64,000 bases of DNA from a virus, in the IMG/VR virus record IMGVR_UViG_3300033146_003395, positions 17,736 to 81,735 of that record. One strand, written 5' to 3'. The position numbers were made by a program, and so were the translations under genes. Shown in pieces: positions 47,615-57,127 of this stretch. The notes beneath the pieces were generated by a model that did not search any database, had not been told where the DNA came from, and saw nothing but the letters and a program-made list of their open reading frames with translations. How positions within the stretch are numbered: the first letter of the stretch is position 1; every line of letters starts with the position of its first letter.

Positions 47615-48424
47615 TTAATCATTATATCTATAAGCATTACAGGTAGCACAAATCCCACTAAAGATTTTATTATCTTGTAATGTCTTATAAAAATTCATTT
47701 TTTTACGTAGCTTATCTACACCATCAGTATAATGTCCCAGCGAAGTATCACCATTAATATCTTGCCAAGAACAAAATACCACTTCACCATCATAATTTAT
47801 TCCAACATCATCGTCCATCCATTTACAGTGGCCAGCTCTTTCAACTTTTGTAATAATATCTGAATTGCCTAAATCCCATTCAAAATCAACAACTTCAGGT
47901 ATATCAAAATTACCTGTTAGCTCGTTATCTATATATTTATTTGATGCATTTGTCCTATTATTTATTTCTAAATTTATATTGTTACACTTTTTTAAATAAT
48001 TAATAGTTTTCATAACATTATTATATTTATCTTTACCAGTTCTGGTTTGAAAATGTGTTTTATCATACCCATAAAAACTGATAGTAACAAGTGGGTTATT
48101 AATACTATTTACTAAGTCAAATATTCTTTCATTATAAAACTCACCAGATGTAAAAAATTGAATTTCTAAATTATCAAAAGTATTACAGTAGTCAACTATT
48201 TCTACAAAACCATTATATGGATATAAAAAACTGTCGCCTATTAATGAGCCTAATTCTATACTTTCTGCGCCCCACTCTACAGCAAAATCAATATATTTTT
48301 TAACAGTTTCTACTGGAACAATTATTTTATTTTTTTGATATTCATCACTATTTTGACAAAATGTGCATCTTAAATTACATATATTTATCATTGGTACTTG
48401 AAATTCGCTCTTATCTACATCCAT
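47615..48424 (-). CDS. radical SAM protein with twitch/SPASM-like domain
   Basis: CNLRCTFC; C...GEVVFC...CATC. Confidence 0.9.
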   Translation of the reverse strand: MDVDKSEFQVPMINICNLRCTFCQNSDEYQKNKIIVPVETVKKYIDFAVEWGAESIELGSLIGDSFLYPYNGFVEIVDYCNTFDNLEIQFFTSGEFYNERIFDLVNSINNPLVTISFYGYDKTHFQTRTGKDKYNNVMKTINYLKKCNNINLEINNRTNASNKYIDNELTGNFDIPEVVDFEWDLGNSDIITKVERAGHCKWMDDDVGINYDGEVVFCSWQDINGDTSLGHYTDGVDKLRKKMNFYKTLQDNKIFSGICATCNAYRYND

Positions 48425-49272
48425 ACATTATCTCCATTTATTATATTTAATAGTTTCTGAGTATTAATATCACACTCTCTACAAAAATCATAATTACCAT
48501 TCTCTATATTTGTAAAATCTAAATTAAAAGTATCTTTTGTTTGCATTTTAAATAAATCACATGGACTCAAACTCCCATCACAATTTATTATTAAAAAATT
48601 ATCTAATTTTGCAGGGCATACTATATTTTTATCTTTATTTATTTTCAATATATTCAAATATTTCTTTCTTAAATTATCAACCATATTAAATTCATTATCT
48701 TTATTATAAACATACTCATTAAATTGCGCTGTATCATTAATAATAAACTCATTAAATTTATTATTATAAACAGATAAATCATCAAATTCATTATATTTAA
48801 ATCGTAAATAACTAACACAATTAATAGGGTTAATTTTTTCAAAAGCTAATATATTTCTAATAACAGTATCTAAGTTACTATTAACTCTATATTTTTCATG
48901 TAGCTCTTGGGTACTTCCACAAACTGTGAATGTAATACTATCATTTGAACTCATAATATTTGCTAATTTTTCCCACCATTTCTCATCATGTAAATCACCA
49001 TTGGTAAATATTTCTACAATAATATTAAGACTTTTAATAAATTCAATTAGTGGTAATATATCTTTAAAAGTTGTAGGTTCACTTATAGCACTTGATAAAG
49101 TAATTTTTTTAACGTTCTTAAATTTTAATATATCACTTTTAATCTCTGTTAATGAGCGAGAACTAATATTTTCAAATTCTATATTTTCTCGCAAGCATAA
49201 CGGGCATTTTAGATTACATGCTGTTGTTGTTTCTAATTCGATATGCTCGATATTTTCATACTTTGTTTGCAA
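48415..49272 (-). CDS. radical SAM protein (GSTQELHE subfamily)
   Basis: CNLKCPLC. Confidence 0.9.
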   Translation of the reverse strand: MQTKYENIEHIELETTTACNLKCPLCLRENIEFENISSRSLTEIKSDILKFKNVKKITLSSAISEPTTFKDILPLIEFIKSLNIIVEIFTNGDLHDEKWWEKLANIMSSNDSITFTVCGSTQELHEKYRVNSNLDTVIRNILAFEKINPINCVSYLRFKYNEFDDLSVYNNKFNEFIINDTAQFNEYVYNKDNEFNMVDNLRKKYLNILKINKDKNIVCPAKLDNFLIINCDGSLSPCDLFKMQTKDTFNLDFTNIENGNYDFCRECDINTQKLLNIINGDNVWM

Positions 49273-50185
49273 TATTTTCCTTTATTTGTGAGTATTTTAA
49301 GTTTAGACCAGCCAGTGTCGCTTCGAGCCCAATATGTTTAATTAGTTTTTTCGCCACAATATCTAAATTTCTTAATGGGTATTTAACACTCTGGTGAAAA
49401 TCTTCATAATCATCGTAATGATAGATAGCTGTATTTTTATTACAATTATACTTTTCATTTAATTCATGATCATCTCCCTCATGAAAAGAAATTGAAGATT
49501 TAAAATCGGTAATATCAATAAATTGTTCGGGATAAGCGTGATATATTATACTTGCTGCTATTTCTTCGCACATTATTTCTAACTCTAGCTCTGGTTTGTT
49601 TACTTTCTCTGAAACTTCTAATAGTTTAAAAGTTACTTCTTTATATAATTTCCAAAACATATGATCTGTTTTTGCATATATAAACCAAGTATTAACAAAT
49701 TTAGTTAAGTGCTTTACTTCAATATCAAAACAATCCAGTATATCTTTTTTAAAATATTTATTGTAATATTCATCCCATAAAAAGACATTCTCGAATTGGT
49801 CAGTTTCTTTACTATCTAATATTGTTATAACACATCTATCTGTTTTACCCAATATTAGCTCGTCAAAATATATAACATCTAAATCTGTAAATAATGTATA
49901 TTCTGTATCTACCTTATCTATTATATAATCTAAAACTATGGGTACATTTGTATAATTAACAACCTTATTTGGTTGTGGGTTGTAAATATCCTTTATTATA
50001 TATTGTATCGCATTAATCTTAAAGTAATCTTGACATTCAGCATTAATATCATTTTTATTTGGTTGGACCATAATAATATTTTCAATCTTATTAAAACTTG
50101 AAAAAGAATCAATATATATTCTAGCATCTCTTTCAAATCTTCCATTTTTCCCTTCTATACAATGAACCATAGTAGTATTTAGCAT
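49256..50185 (-). CDS. putative GT-A glycosyltransferase
   Basis: LFTDLDVIYF DxD motif; IYHY. Confidence 0.6.
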   Translation of the reverse strand: MLNTTMVHCIEGKNGRFERDARIYIDSFSSFNKIENIIMVQPNKNDINAECQDYFKINAIQYIIKDIYNPQPNKVVNYTNVPIVLDYIIDKVDTEYTLFTDLDVIYFDELILGKTDRCVITILDSKETDQFENVFLWDEYYNKYFKKDILDCFDIEVKHLTKFVNTWFIYAKTDHMFWKLYKEVTFKLLEVSEKVNKPELELEIMCEEIAASIIYHAYPEQFIDITDFKSSISFHEGDDHELNEKYNCNKNTAIYHYDDYEDFHQSVKYPLRNLDIVAKKLIKHIGLEATLAGLNLKYSQIKENIANKV

Positions 50186-51069
50186 ATAAACTCCAAACCA
50201 AATTTTTCTATTTTATTTATTGTTTGTTTCTCACATGCAAAACAATCAGGGTAATTAAAGTCTATTATTTTTGTATAATCAAAAATATTGCCAGTAAAAG
50301 CTTCACCTGGATTATATTCAAAATGTGTATAACAAGCACTGATATTTCCATCTTGTGATATATAAATTTTTTTATACTCTAAACTTTTACATAGAAGAGT
50401 ACCAGTTTTTCTTCTATTTTTAATTAGCCATTTAATTGTTTTATCTCTAATTTCTTCCGGTTTAATATTTGAATCTGGTGTTTTAACTTTTGAATTTATA
50501 ATACGGTCGCCTTCACTATTAACAGTATAATGGTTACTAAAGTTTAATTTATTTACATTGTCTTCGTCATTTTTATTATATTCAAATTTAATAAACTGAC
50601 AATAATCATTATTTTTGTTGCTTTTTTTATAACTCATTGCGTTTTGTAAGACTGTTTCTAAGTTACTATTAACTCTATATTTTTCATGTAACTCTTGGGT
50701 ACTTCCACAAATAGTGAAATGAACAGCATCATCATTATCTAGTACTGACCCAAGCTCTTCCCAAAAAGCTGCATCTCTAGTGCTTCCATTTGTGAATATT
50801 TCCACCATCATACCTCTGGCCTTTAAATATTGTATATATTTGATAAAGTCAGGATGAAGTGTAGGTTCAGATACTTGTCCGGCAACATAAGCCCTTTTAA
50901 GATTTGGAAATGTATCAAGTTGCTTTATAATATTTTCCAACGGTCTAACATTCTTATGTACCATGTGCTGTGCATGAATATAATTACGGCTGCATAAAGG
51001 GCAACTAAGATTACAAGTCCCCGTTAAATCTAATTCAAACTCTTCATAAAAATCTTTACTTACTTGCAT
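50179..51069 (-). CDS. radical SAM protein (GSTQELHE subfamily)
   Basis: CNLSCPLC. Confidence 0.9.
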   Translation of the reverse strand: MQVSKDFYEEFELDLTGTCNLSCPLCSRNYIHAQHMVHKNVRPLENIIKQLDTFPNLKRAYVAGQVSEPTLHPDFIKYIQYLKARGMMVEIFTNGSTRDAAFWEELGSVLDNDDAVHFTICGSTQELHEKYRVNSNLETVLQNAMSYKKSNKNNDYCQFIKFEYNKNDEDNVNKLNFSNHYTVNSEGDRIINSKVKTPDSNIKPEEIRDKTIKWLIKNRRKTGTLLCKSLEYKKIYISQDGNISACYTHFEYNPGEAFTGNIFDYTKIIDFNYPDCFACEKQTINKIEKFGLEFIC

Positions 51070-51101
51070 TACAAATCTCTATTACTAAAAATAGTACAGG
51101 A

Positions 51102-51992
51102 TTATCTATCACTTTCAAACCTTAACTGCTCACCAGAATATTCATCTTCTGGCTCTGCAACTTTATATATTTTATTAGATCTTAATGTTTTGGCATTTAA
51201 CGAACTACATTCGTAACAATGAGCATCTCCATATAAATTAAATAGAATGCACGGTGATGTTTTCCCAGTAAAATCAACCAGTTGAAACTTATAATTTATT
51301 GCTGGACACGATATATTTTCAAAATCAGTCTTTATTATCTCGGATTTGTAAATATTATGAAGTTCATTTACTAAATGTATACCTTCTGGAACATCTGTTA
51401 AATTAAAGTGCTCTACCATAGGAAGGGTATTAAAAGATTCAAGATCATATTTTGTGAACTTATGATAGTTTTTTTCGTAATCTTCTTTATTATACTCAAA
51501 TAATATCCAAGTTAATTTAGCGCTAGATGAATATTTTTGTACTATTTCTAGTCTTCTAATAACAGTATCTAAGTTACTATTAACTCTATATTTTTCATGT
51601 AACTCTTGGGTACTTCCACAAATAGTAAAATAAATAGACCCTATGGCACCATTAAAAACACTACCTAATTTTTTATAATATAAATCATCGTGCGTACCAC
51701 CATTAATGAATAAAGATATATCTATTTTTCTACGTTTTAAATATATTATTAATTTAAAAAGATCGGGGTGAAGCGTTGGCTCGCTTATTGCACCAGCAAT
51801 AGATATAAATTTTAAATTTGGGTATGAATCAATTTGTTCTATTATGTCTTCTATATCTCTAAATATTGTATCAGTTTTAGTATAGTCTGGATTAATTTGT
51901 CTTATGCATAATGGGCACTTTAGGTTACAAGTACTAGTCAACCCAATCTCCAGTCTATCAATATCTGCATTATTTAAATCATTATATACCAT
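51102..51992 (-). CDS. radical SAM protein (GSTQELHE subfamily)
   Basis: CNLKCPLC. Confidence 0.9.
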   Translation of the reverse strand: MVYNDLNNADIDRLEIGLTSTCNLKCPLCIRQINPDYTKTDTIFRDIEDIIEQIDSYPNLKFISIAGAISEPTLHPDLFKLIIYLKRRKIDISLFINGGTHDDLYYKKLGSVFNGAIGSIYFTICGSTQELHEKYRVNSNLDTVIRRLEIVQKYSSSAKLTWILFEYNKEDYEKNYHKFTKYDLESFNTLPMVEHFNLTDVPEGIHLVNELHNIYKSEIIKTDFENISCPAINYKFQLVDFTGKTSPCILFNLYGDAHCYECSSLNAKTLRSNKIYKVAEPEDEYSGEQLRFESDR

Positions 51993-52818
51993 GTCTATCC
52001 TTTATTTCTTTATATACTTTATAATTTTTAATTGTCCCAGTTTTATTTTCAAATATATCACAATTAGAGCAAGACTCATTATAAATATTTTTAGTTTGGT
52101 TTGTAAAAATCTCTAATCTTTTTTTACTAAAATATACATCCTCTAAAGAAGTCTTATAAATGTTACCTAATAGTAACTCTGTATCTACTGTTAATTCGCT
52201 TTCTCCGCACAGACAGTAAACCATATTTCCATTCATATTTAATCTTGGGATAAATTGTAAACTACAGACACCAGTGCGTGTCTTATTTTTTTCTCTAATA
52301 TTTTTTGTAAACTCTTCTTTATCAATTATGTCTACACCATTATAAAAGTCATAATTAATACCGCGATATGATATTTCAATTGGTAAGTTTATTTTCTTAG
52401 CGTATTCTAAATTATTTCTATATATATTCCAATCATTTTCCGTTTTTCGTGTTAATGTTATAAAATCCTCTAAACACCCATCACCATAATCGCTTATTCT
52501 TATATCCAACTTACCTTGATACTTTTCAGTTAGTTTTTTTAACTTGTCTTGCACAGCTTCATTACACTTACTAAAATTGGTATAAAAACTAACCGAAAAA
52601 TCAGGCAAGACATAATTTAATTTTTCAATAAATTCAGGATCGATAAAAACTTCACCATCTATAGGAGTTAAATCTAATTCATCAATACCTATTTTCTTAG
52701 CGTCATCAATAATTTTAAAAAATACATCATTAGAAAGAATCTTGTGCTTATTAACATATTGAGATCCGCAGAAGTAACAGTTATAATTACAAATATTTAT
52801 TATTTCTATTCCTAACAT
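51982..52818 (-). CDS. radical SAM protein with twitch/SPASM-like domain
   Basis: CNYNCYFC; LLGNIYKTSLEDV; CSNC. Confidence 0.9.
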   Translation of the reverse strand: MLGIEIINICNYNCYFCGSQYVNKHKILSNDVFFKIIDDAKKIGIDELDLTPIDGEVFIDPEFIEKLNYVLPDFSVSFYTNFSKCNEAVQDKLKKLTEKYQGKLDIRISDYGDGCLEDFITLTRKTENDWNIYRNNLEYAKKINLPIEISYRGINYDFYNGVDIIDKEEFTKNIREKNKTRTGVCSLQFIPRLNMNGNMVYCLCGESELTVDTELLLGNIYKTSLEDVYFSKKRLEIFTNQTKNIYNESCSNCDIFENKTGTIKNYKVYKEIKDRHGI

Positions 52819-53438
52819 AACATCTCTAATGTGATTTCTTTTATTACTGCATTATCATTTTCCATTATAAAGATTTCTTGTTCCATAATTGACTCTGAAA
52901 AATCAGAATCAACAACATTTACTATTCTTAATAATGGCAAGTCAACTTCCTCATCATACTCATCAAAATAAATAAATTTACTTGGTTTACTAATTCGTAA
53001 AGAATCAATATCAAAAAAATAAATGATATTATTTTTAACTATTAAATTTTCATTATGTAAGTCTTGGAAAGAAATATCACTTTCCCAATCAGATATAATT
53101 TTTTTATAATCTAATAAATTTAACTCAGGGATATCCCGAGGTATATTACCATCTATAAATTCAAAAGTAAACCATTTTTCATCTTCTTCTAATAAATTTA
53201 TTGTATTGCTAATATTATTAATATTTTTAATAAATTTAAAAATCCGCATAGTATCTTCATGTGAATAGCATATTTTCTGTGTATAAAAATTATACAAGTA
53301 TTCCTTAAAAATATACTTTTTATTTTCAAATAGTATACTTCTTGGTGTTGTATCACCTAAAAATGTGACCTCGGTGGTTCCAAACTTTGTTTGAAGTTCT
53401 TTGCGATATTTATGATCTATTTCACTATTTAACAACAC
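52812..53438 (-). CDS. kinase-like protein (protein kinase/APH fold)
   Basis: IFKEY, FEFIDG, DLHNENLIV, FFDID. Confidence 0.65.
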   Translation of the reverse strand: MLLNSEIDHKYRKELQTKFGTTEVTFLGDTTPRSILFENKKYIFKEYLYNFYTQKICYSHEDTMRIFKFIKNINNISNTINLLEEDEKWFTFEFIDGNIPRDIPELNLLDYKKIISDWESDISFQDLHNENLIVKNNIIYFFDIDSLRISKPSKFIYFDEYDEEVDLPLLRIVNVVDSDFSESIMEQEIFIMENDNAVIKEITLEMLC

Positions 53439-54444
53439 TTGTTTCCTTTCTGAACTCTATTATATTTTTAATGTGCTCGCCTTCTATTATTTTAATACCT
53501 GAATTATTATATTGTTTTTCAATACCATCACAGATAAGAAAAAATTTACATTTAGAGCATTCTCTTGGTTTACTATAAGTATTAACTCTATTGGTTTGTG
53601 CTTGCTCATAAGCATTCTCAATTGTATTTTTAATTGGAGCTTCAGCATCATAAGTTAACAAATTCCAATCACCTAAATCATAGATGTGTTGGAATGTTCC
53701 TACAACATACTTCTCATATCCTTTCATAAAACAATAAGGGATATAACGAACATTAACTTCTATATCGGTTTCTACTAAATAATCAATACAAACTTTTATA
53801 CCTTCACTTAATATGTCGTAACTAGATACTTTCATATCTTTAGCGTCACTCCAGTAATTTAGTGGCAACAAATTTAACTGTTTGGGGCTAAAACTTCTTA
53901 CTAAATTTGCGTATTGTAACATATCATTAACGTTATTTTCCGTTACTGTGCAATTAATTCTAACCTTAATCCCTAGTATATTACAATTCTCAATAGCTTG
54001 TATAATATGTTGAAAAGCTTTATTGTGCCCTACAATTTTGTCATGTGAATCTGCATCCCACCCGTGTAAGCTAAATAATACTTCATTTAAACCGTGCATT
54101 TGTGACATCTCGGCAAAAGCGAAATCTTTTAATTTACTTCCATTGCTTAAACAAGAAACACTCATAAATTTATCTCTACAATACTCAAGTATATCAAACC
54201 AATCGGGGTGAATTGTACTCTCACCACCACTTAAGTCAACTTCCTTCATACCAGATTTAAAAAGTATATTTGCCCTTGCTTTAATTTCTTCTAGGGATAA
54301 ACTGGGGTCATTTAAATTATTTTGATAATAGCAAAATCCACATTTGTAGTTACATTTTAATCCGGTATCTAGTTTACCTCTGGAATTAATTGGTAGCTGC
54401 ACGTGGGTTTGTATCTGTGGTTTACTTATTGTATTATAATTCAT
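53425..54444 (-). CDS. radical SAM protein with C-terminal CxxCxxxxxC
   Basis: CNYKCGFC; SGGEST; IPYCFM; CSKCKFFLICDG. Confidence 0.9.
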   Translation of the reverse strand: MNYNTISKPQIQTHVQLPINSRGKLDTGLKCNYKCGFCYYQNNLNDPSLSLEEIKARANILFKSGMKEVDLSGGESTIHPDWFDILEYCRDKFMSVSCLSNGSKLKDFAFAEMSQMHGLNEVLFSLHGWDADSHDKIVGHNKAFQHIIQAIENCNILGIKVRINCTVTENNVNDMLQYANLVRSFSPKQLNLLPLNYWSDAKDMKVSSYDILSEGIKVCIDYLVETDIEVNVRYIPYCFMKGYEKYVVGTFQHIYDLGDWNLLTYDAEAPIKNTIENAYEQAQTNRVNTYSKPRECSKCKFFLICDGIEKQYNNSGIKIIEGEHIKNIIEFRKETSVVK

Positions 54445-54454
54445 TTTAATATCC

Positions 54455-54584
54455 TATATTGTTACAATTTTCTTGTAGATTTTCTGATATACTTCTTTTG
54501 GCCCATTTATACGTGAATGGGTTTCACATTGTTTTTCCAAAATATTTAAGACTTGTAATGAGTTTTAATATACAAATATATCAT
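54455..54584 (-). pseudogene. decayed GIY-YIG endonuclease 5' fragment
   Basis: RBS-ATG MIYLYIKTH, frameshift, then LKYFGKT-stop-NPFTYK. Confidence 0.6.
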
Positions 54585-54654
54585 TTGTATCCTTATAAGT
54601 AAATTATAAGAGTACAAATATATCATTTGTATCCTTATAAGTAAATTATAAGAG
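54571..54654. repeat. exact 42-bp tandem duplication
   Basis: tacaaatatatcatttgtatccttataagtaaattataagag x2. Confidence 0.95.
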
Positions 54655-54747
54655 TGTAAGAATTCGAAGGCTTACATTAAATGTATATAGATGAAGCCTT
54701 CGAGAGCAACTATATACACATTTAATATCTCTTATAATTTATTTATA
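54643..54747 (-). ncRNA. endonuclease-associated structured element copy 5 with late promoter
   Basis: Loop CUC-UCGAAGGCUU complementary to AAGCCUUCGA; 12-bp P1. Confidence 0.75.
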
Positions 54748-54750
54748 ATC

Positions 54751-55647
54751 TCAAATTATTTCCTTTAATATATTAACTATTTCGTCATTTTGGGTGAGTT
54801 GAATACTTTGAAAATTATTTTCAATATCGTAACGTCTCCAAAATAACCCTTTATCTTCTAACCAATAATCAACATCATATACTACTTGTTTATTGAAGTA
54901 GTGACACTCTGCGATAAATCTTGGAGAGCAGTCAAATTTTCTTGGTACTGGTGTATAAATATAAGTGTTGAACTCTTCCATTAAGTTATTATACGGTAAT
55001 AACTTAAAAGTAATATTAGAGTAAGTCTCTAATGGAATTTCATTGACTAAACATAAAATATTATCACATGGTAAATTTTTGCTAAGCATTTTGAAGTAAT
55101 TGTCATCAATAGCTCTGCAATTTTTTGTAGCATATAATAATATGTTATCCTTAGGGTTTTTAGGTTTAGTCATTCTGCTGAATAACATTTTCTTTTTATA
55201 GTTAATACCATTTTTCAGTACTGAATCATATACTCTATCATCCTGTAAAATATAAACGTTATCTTTGTTATTATCTTGAATCTCTTTATTACCGCAAGCG
55301 AAATAAAATATATTATCAAATATTAGCGTAGTGTTACGAGTGTTAACTATTCCACCATCAGTAAAAATAATATTCTTACCCTTAAGCAGCTTAGGTCTAT
55401 TCTCAAATCTCGTATTAATTTTAATATCTTGTATCTCGACTTCATCAAAATCGTATTTAGACCGGATAGCTTTTTCAAATGTACTCCAGCTAATATCTTC
55501 ACATAATAAAATCTCAGTGTCATATTTGTTTTTCAAAATCATATAGTAATCGATAACTTCAAAAGTATGACCACAAATTCCATGATTATTTGTTGACCAA
55601 GAATATGTTAAAGTTAATTGTCTATTAGTTTGCACTATTTTACTCAA
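54751..55647 (-). CDS. putative GT-B-like glycosyltransferase
   Basis: Paralog of next gene; D..PRFIAEC pattern; sugar-gene context. Confidence 0.4.
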   Translation of the reverse strand: MSKIVQTNRQLTLTYSWSTNNHGICGHTFEVIDYYMILKNKYDTEILLCEDISWSTFEKAIRSKYDFDEVEIQDIKINTRFENRPKLLKGKNIIFTDGGIVNTRNTTLIFDNIFYFACGNKEIQDNNKDNVYILQDDRVYDSVLKNGINYKKKMLFSRMTKPKNPKDNILLYATKNCRAIDDNYFKMLSKNLPCDNILCLVNEIPLETYSNITFKLLPYNNLMEEFNTYIYTPVPRKFDCSPRFIAECHYFNKQVVYDVDYWLEDKGLFWRRYDIENNFQSIQLTQNDEIVNILKEII

Positions 55648-56434
55648 GCATATCCTTAATTATTGGTGTATCTATTTGTAGTTGATACTGACTAATACCA
55701 TTTTTCATTATGTCACTGAATCTTAGATAAACTGAATCTTCTTCATCTGAATTATCAATAACTACTATACTCTTATCATAATGGAAACACTCCACTATAA
55801 GTCTATTATTAGTATCTCTAAATCCATTGTGATAATAATATAATGTATCGAATTGCTCAAATAAATTATCTAAAGGTTTATCAACATTTTTAGTTAATAT
55901 ATTGCTTTCTTGAATATCTATTTTATCGATTATTTTATTATAGTTAATACTAGGAGAAGTTATATAAGCAGTATCTGTATAAACCTCATCAATCTCTTTG
56001 TAAATATTAAAATTGAATCTTAATTTATCTTCAATATCATATTCTTGATAATCGTAAGTGCCATAATATGTTATCTTCTTATTATTGCTGTATACTTTTT
56101 CATAATACGTATTTGCATATACCAAAACATCAGATTTTAAGAATCTAAACATCTTCTCGAAGCTATTAGTATCTAAGAATAAAGATTTTGTACTTTCTAT
56201 CTCATAGAGTTCACTGATAGTATCAACAATTTTAATATTATCTAAAATCTGGTGGTCGAAATTATACTTATTTTTGAAAGTATCTTTAACCATAACCAGG
56301 TCTTCTGGACTGATATTTTTAATATAGAACGTGGTATTCTTATGTCTATTTAAATATTCAAAATACTCAAAGCAATAGAATAACGTCCCATTAATTTTTC
56401 TACCAGGTAGAAAATAATAAAAAATATTAATCAC
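55640..56434 (-). CDS. putative GT-B-like glycosyltransferase
   Basis: INGTLFYCFEYF and NRLIVEC parallel ICGHTFEVIDYY and PRFIAEC. Confidence 0.4.
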   Translation of the reverse strand: MINIFYYFLPGRKINGTLFYCFEYFEYLNRHKNTTFYIKNISPEDLVMVKDTFKNKYNFDHQILDNIKIVDTISELYEIESTKSLFLDTNSFEKMFRFLKSDVLVYANTYYEKVYSNNKKITYYGTYDYQEYDIEDKLRFNFNIYKEIDEVYTDTAYITSPSINYNKIIDKIDIQESNILTKNVDKPLDNLFEQFDTLYYYHNGFRDTNNRLIVECFHYDKSIVVIDNSDEEDSVYLRFSDIMKNGISQYQLQIDTPIIKDMLE

Positions 56435-56976
56435 TAGATGCTGCTTGAAATCTTATCTAATTCTTCAACATCATCTTCTGTTAGTTTATAAACAGACTGT
56501 AATACTCTATTAAAATCTTTCTTAGCACTTTTAACTACTTGCAATTCATCTTTAGCTTCAAGAAAAGCTTCAAGTAGATCAATTAAATTTTCATCACCAA
56601 TCTCTAATATTTCGAGATATTTTTCTTCTCTATTATTATTGGTTATGAATATTCCATGAGAACTTAATTCATTATTAATATCAATATAATTAATATATGT
56701 TATCATATCAACTTTCTGTACTAGACTTTCTACCTTAAGCTTGGCTTCTTTAATAATTGAAACTCTTTTGATGTCTTTAACTGGTATATTATAATACTTT
56801 TCATCTTTGAATAAGATGTTTCCTTCGCTATCTATTATAATTGTCTTATCTGAAATATTTGCAGCGATAAAATTATTTATTTCAACCTCATCTATAACTA
56901 TAGTATTTTCAGACTCCATATCTACAATTTTATCTATGATTATATGTGCATCTTCGTTTATTATTTGATATATCAT
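56434..56976 (-). CDS. hypothetical acidic protein
   Basis: AAGGA RBS; coupled to next gene. Confidence 0.7.
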   Translation of the reverse strand: MIYQIINEDAHIIIDKIVDMESENTIVIDEVEINNFIAANISDKTIIIDSEGNILFKDEKYYNIPVKDIKRVSIIKEAKLKVESLVQKVDMITYINYIDINNELSSHGIFITNNNREEKYLEILEIGDENLIDLLEAFLEAKDELQVVKSAKKDFNRVLQSVYKLTEDDVEELDKISSSI

Positions 56977-57053
56977 TAATTTCCTTTATCTTATATAATA
57001 ACATAATAAACTTAAAGTAATATTAGAGGGTATTAGAGGAGTATTAGAGGAAG

Positions 57054-57079
57054 TTAAATAACACCAAAGTGTTATTTAA
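57054..57079. terminator. AT-rich hairpin, possible terminator
   Basis: TTAAATAACAC-CAAA-GTGTTATTTAA. Confidence 0.5.
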
Positions 57080-57087
57080 ATTTTTAG

Positions 57088-57119
<32 letters not shown>

Positions 57120-57127
57120 AATTACAG

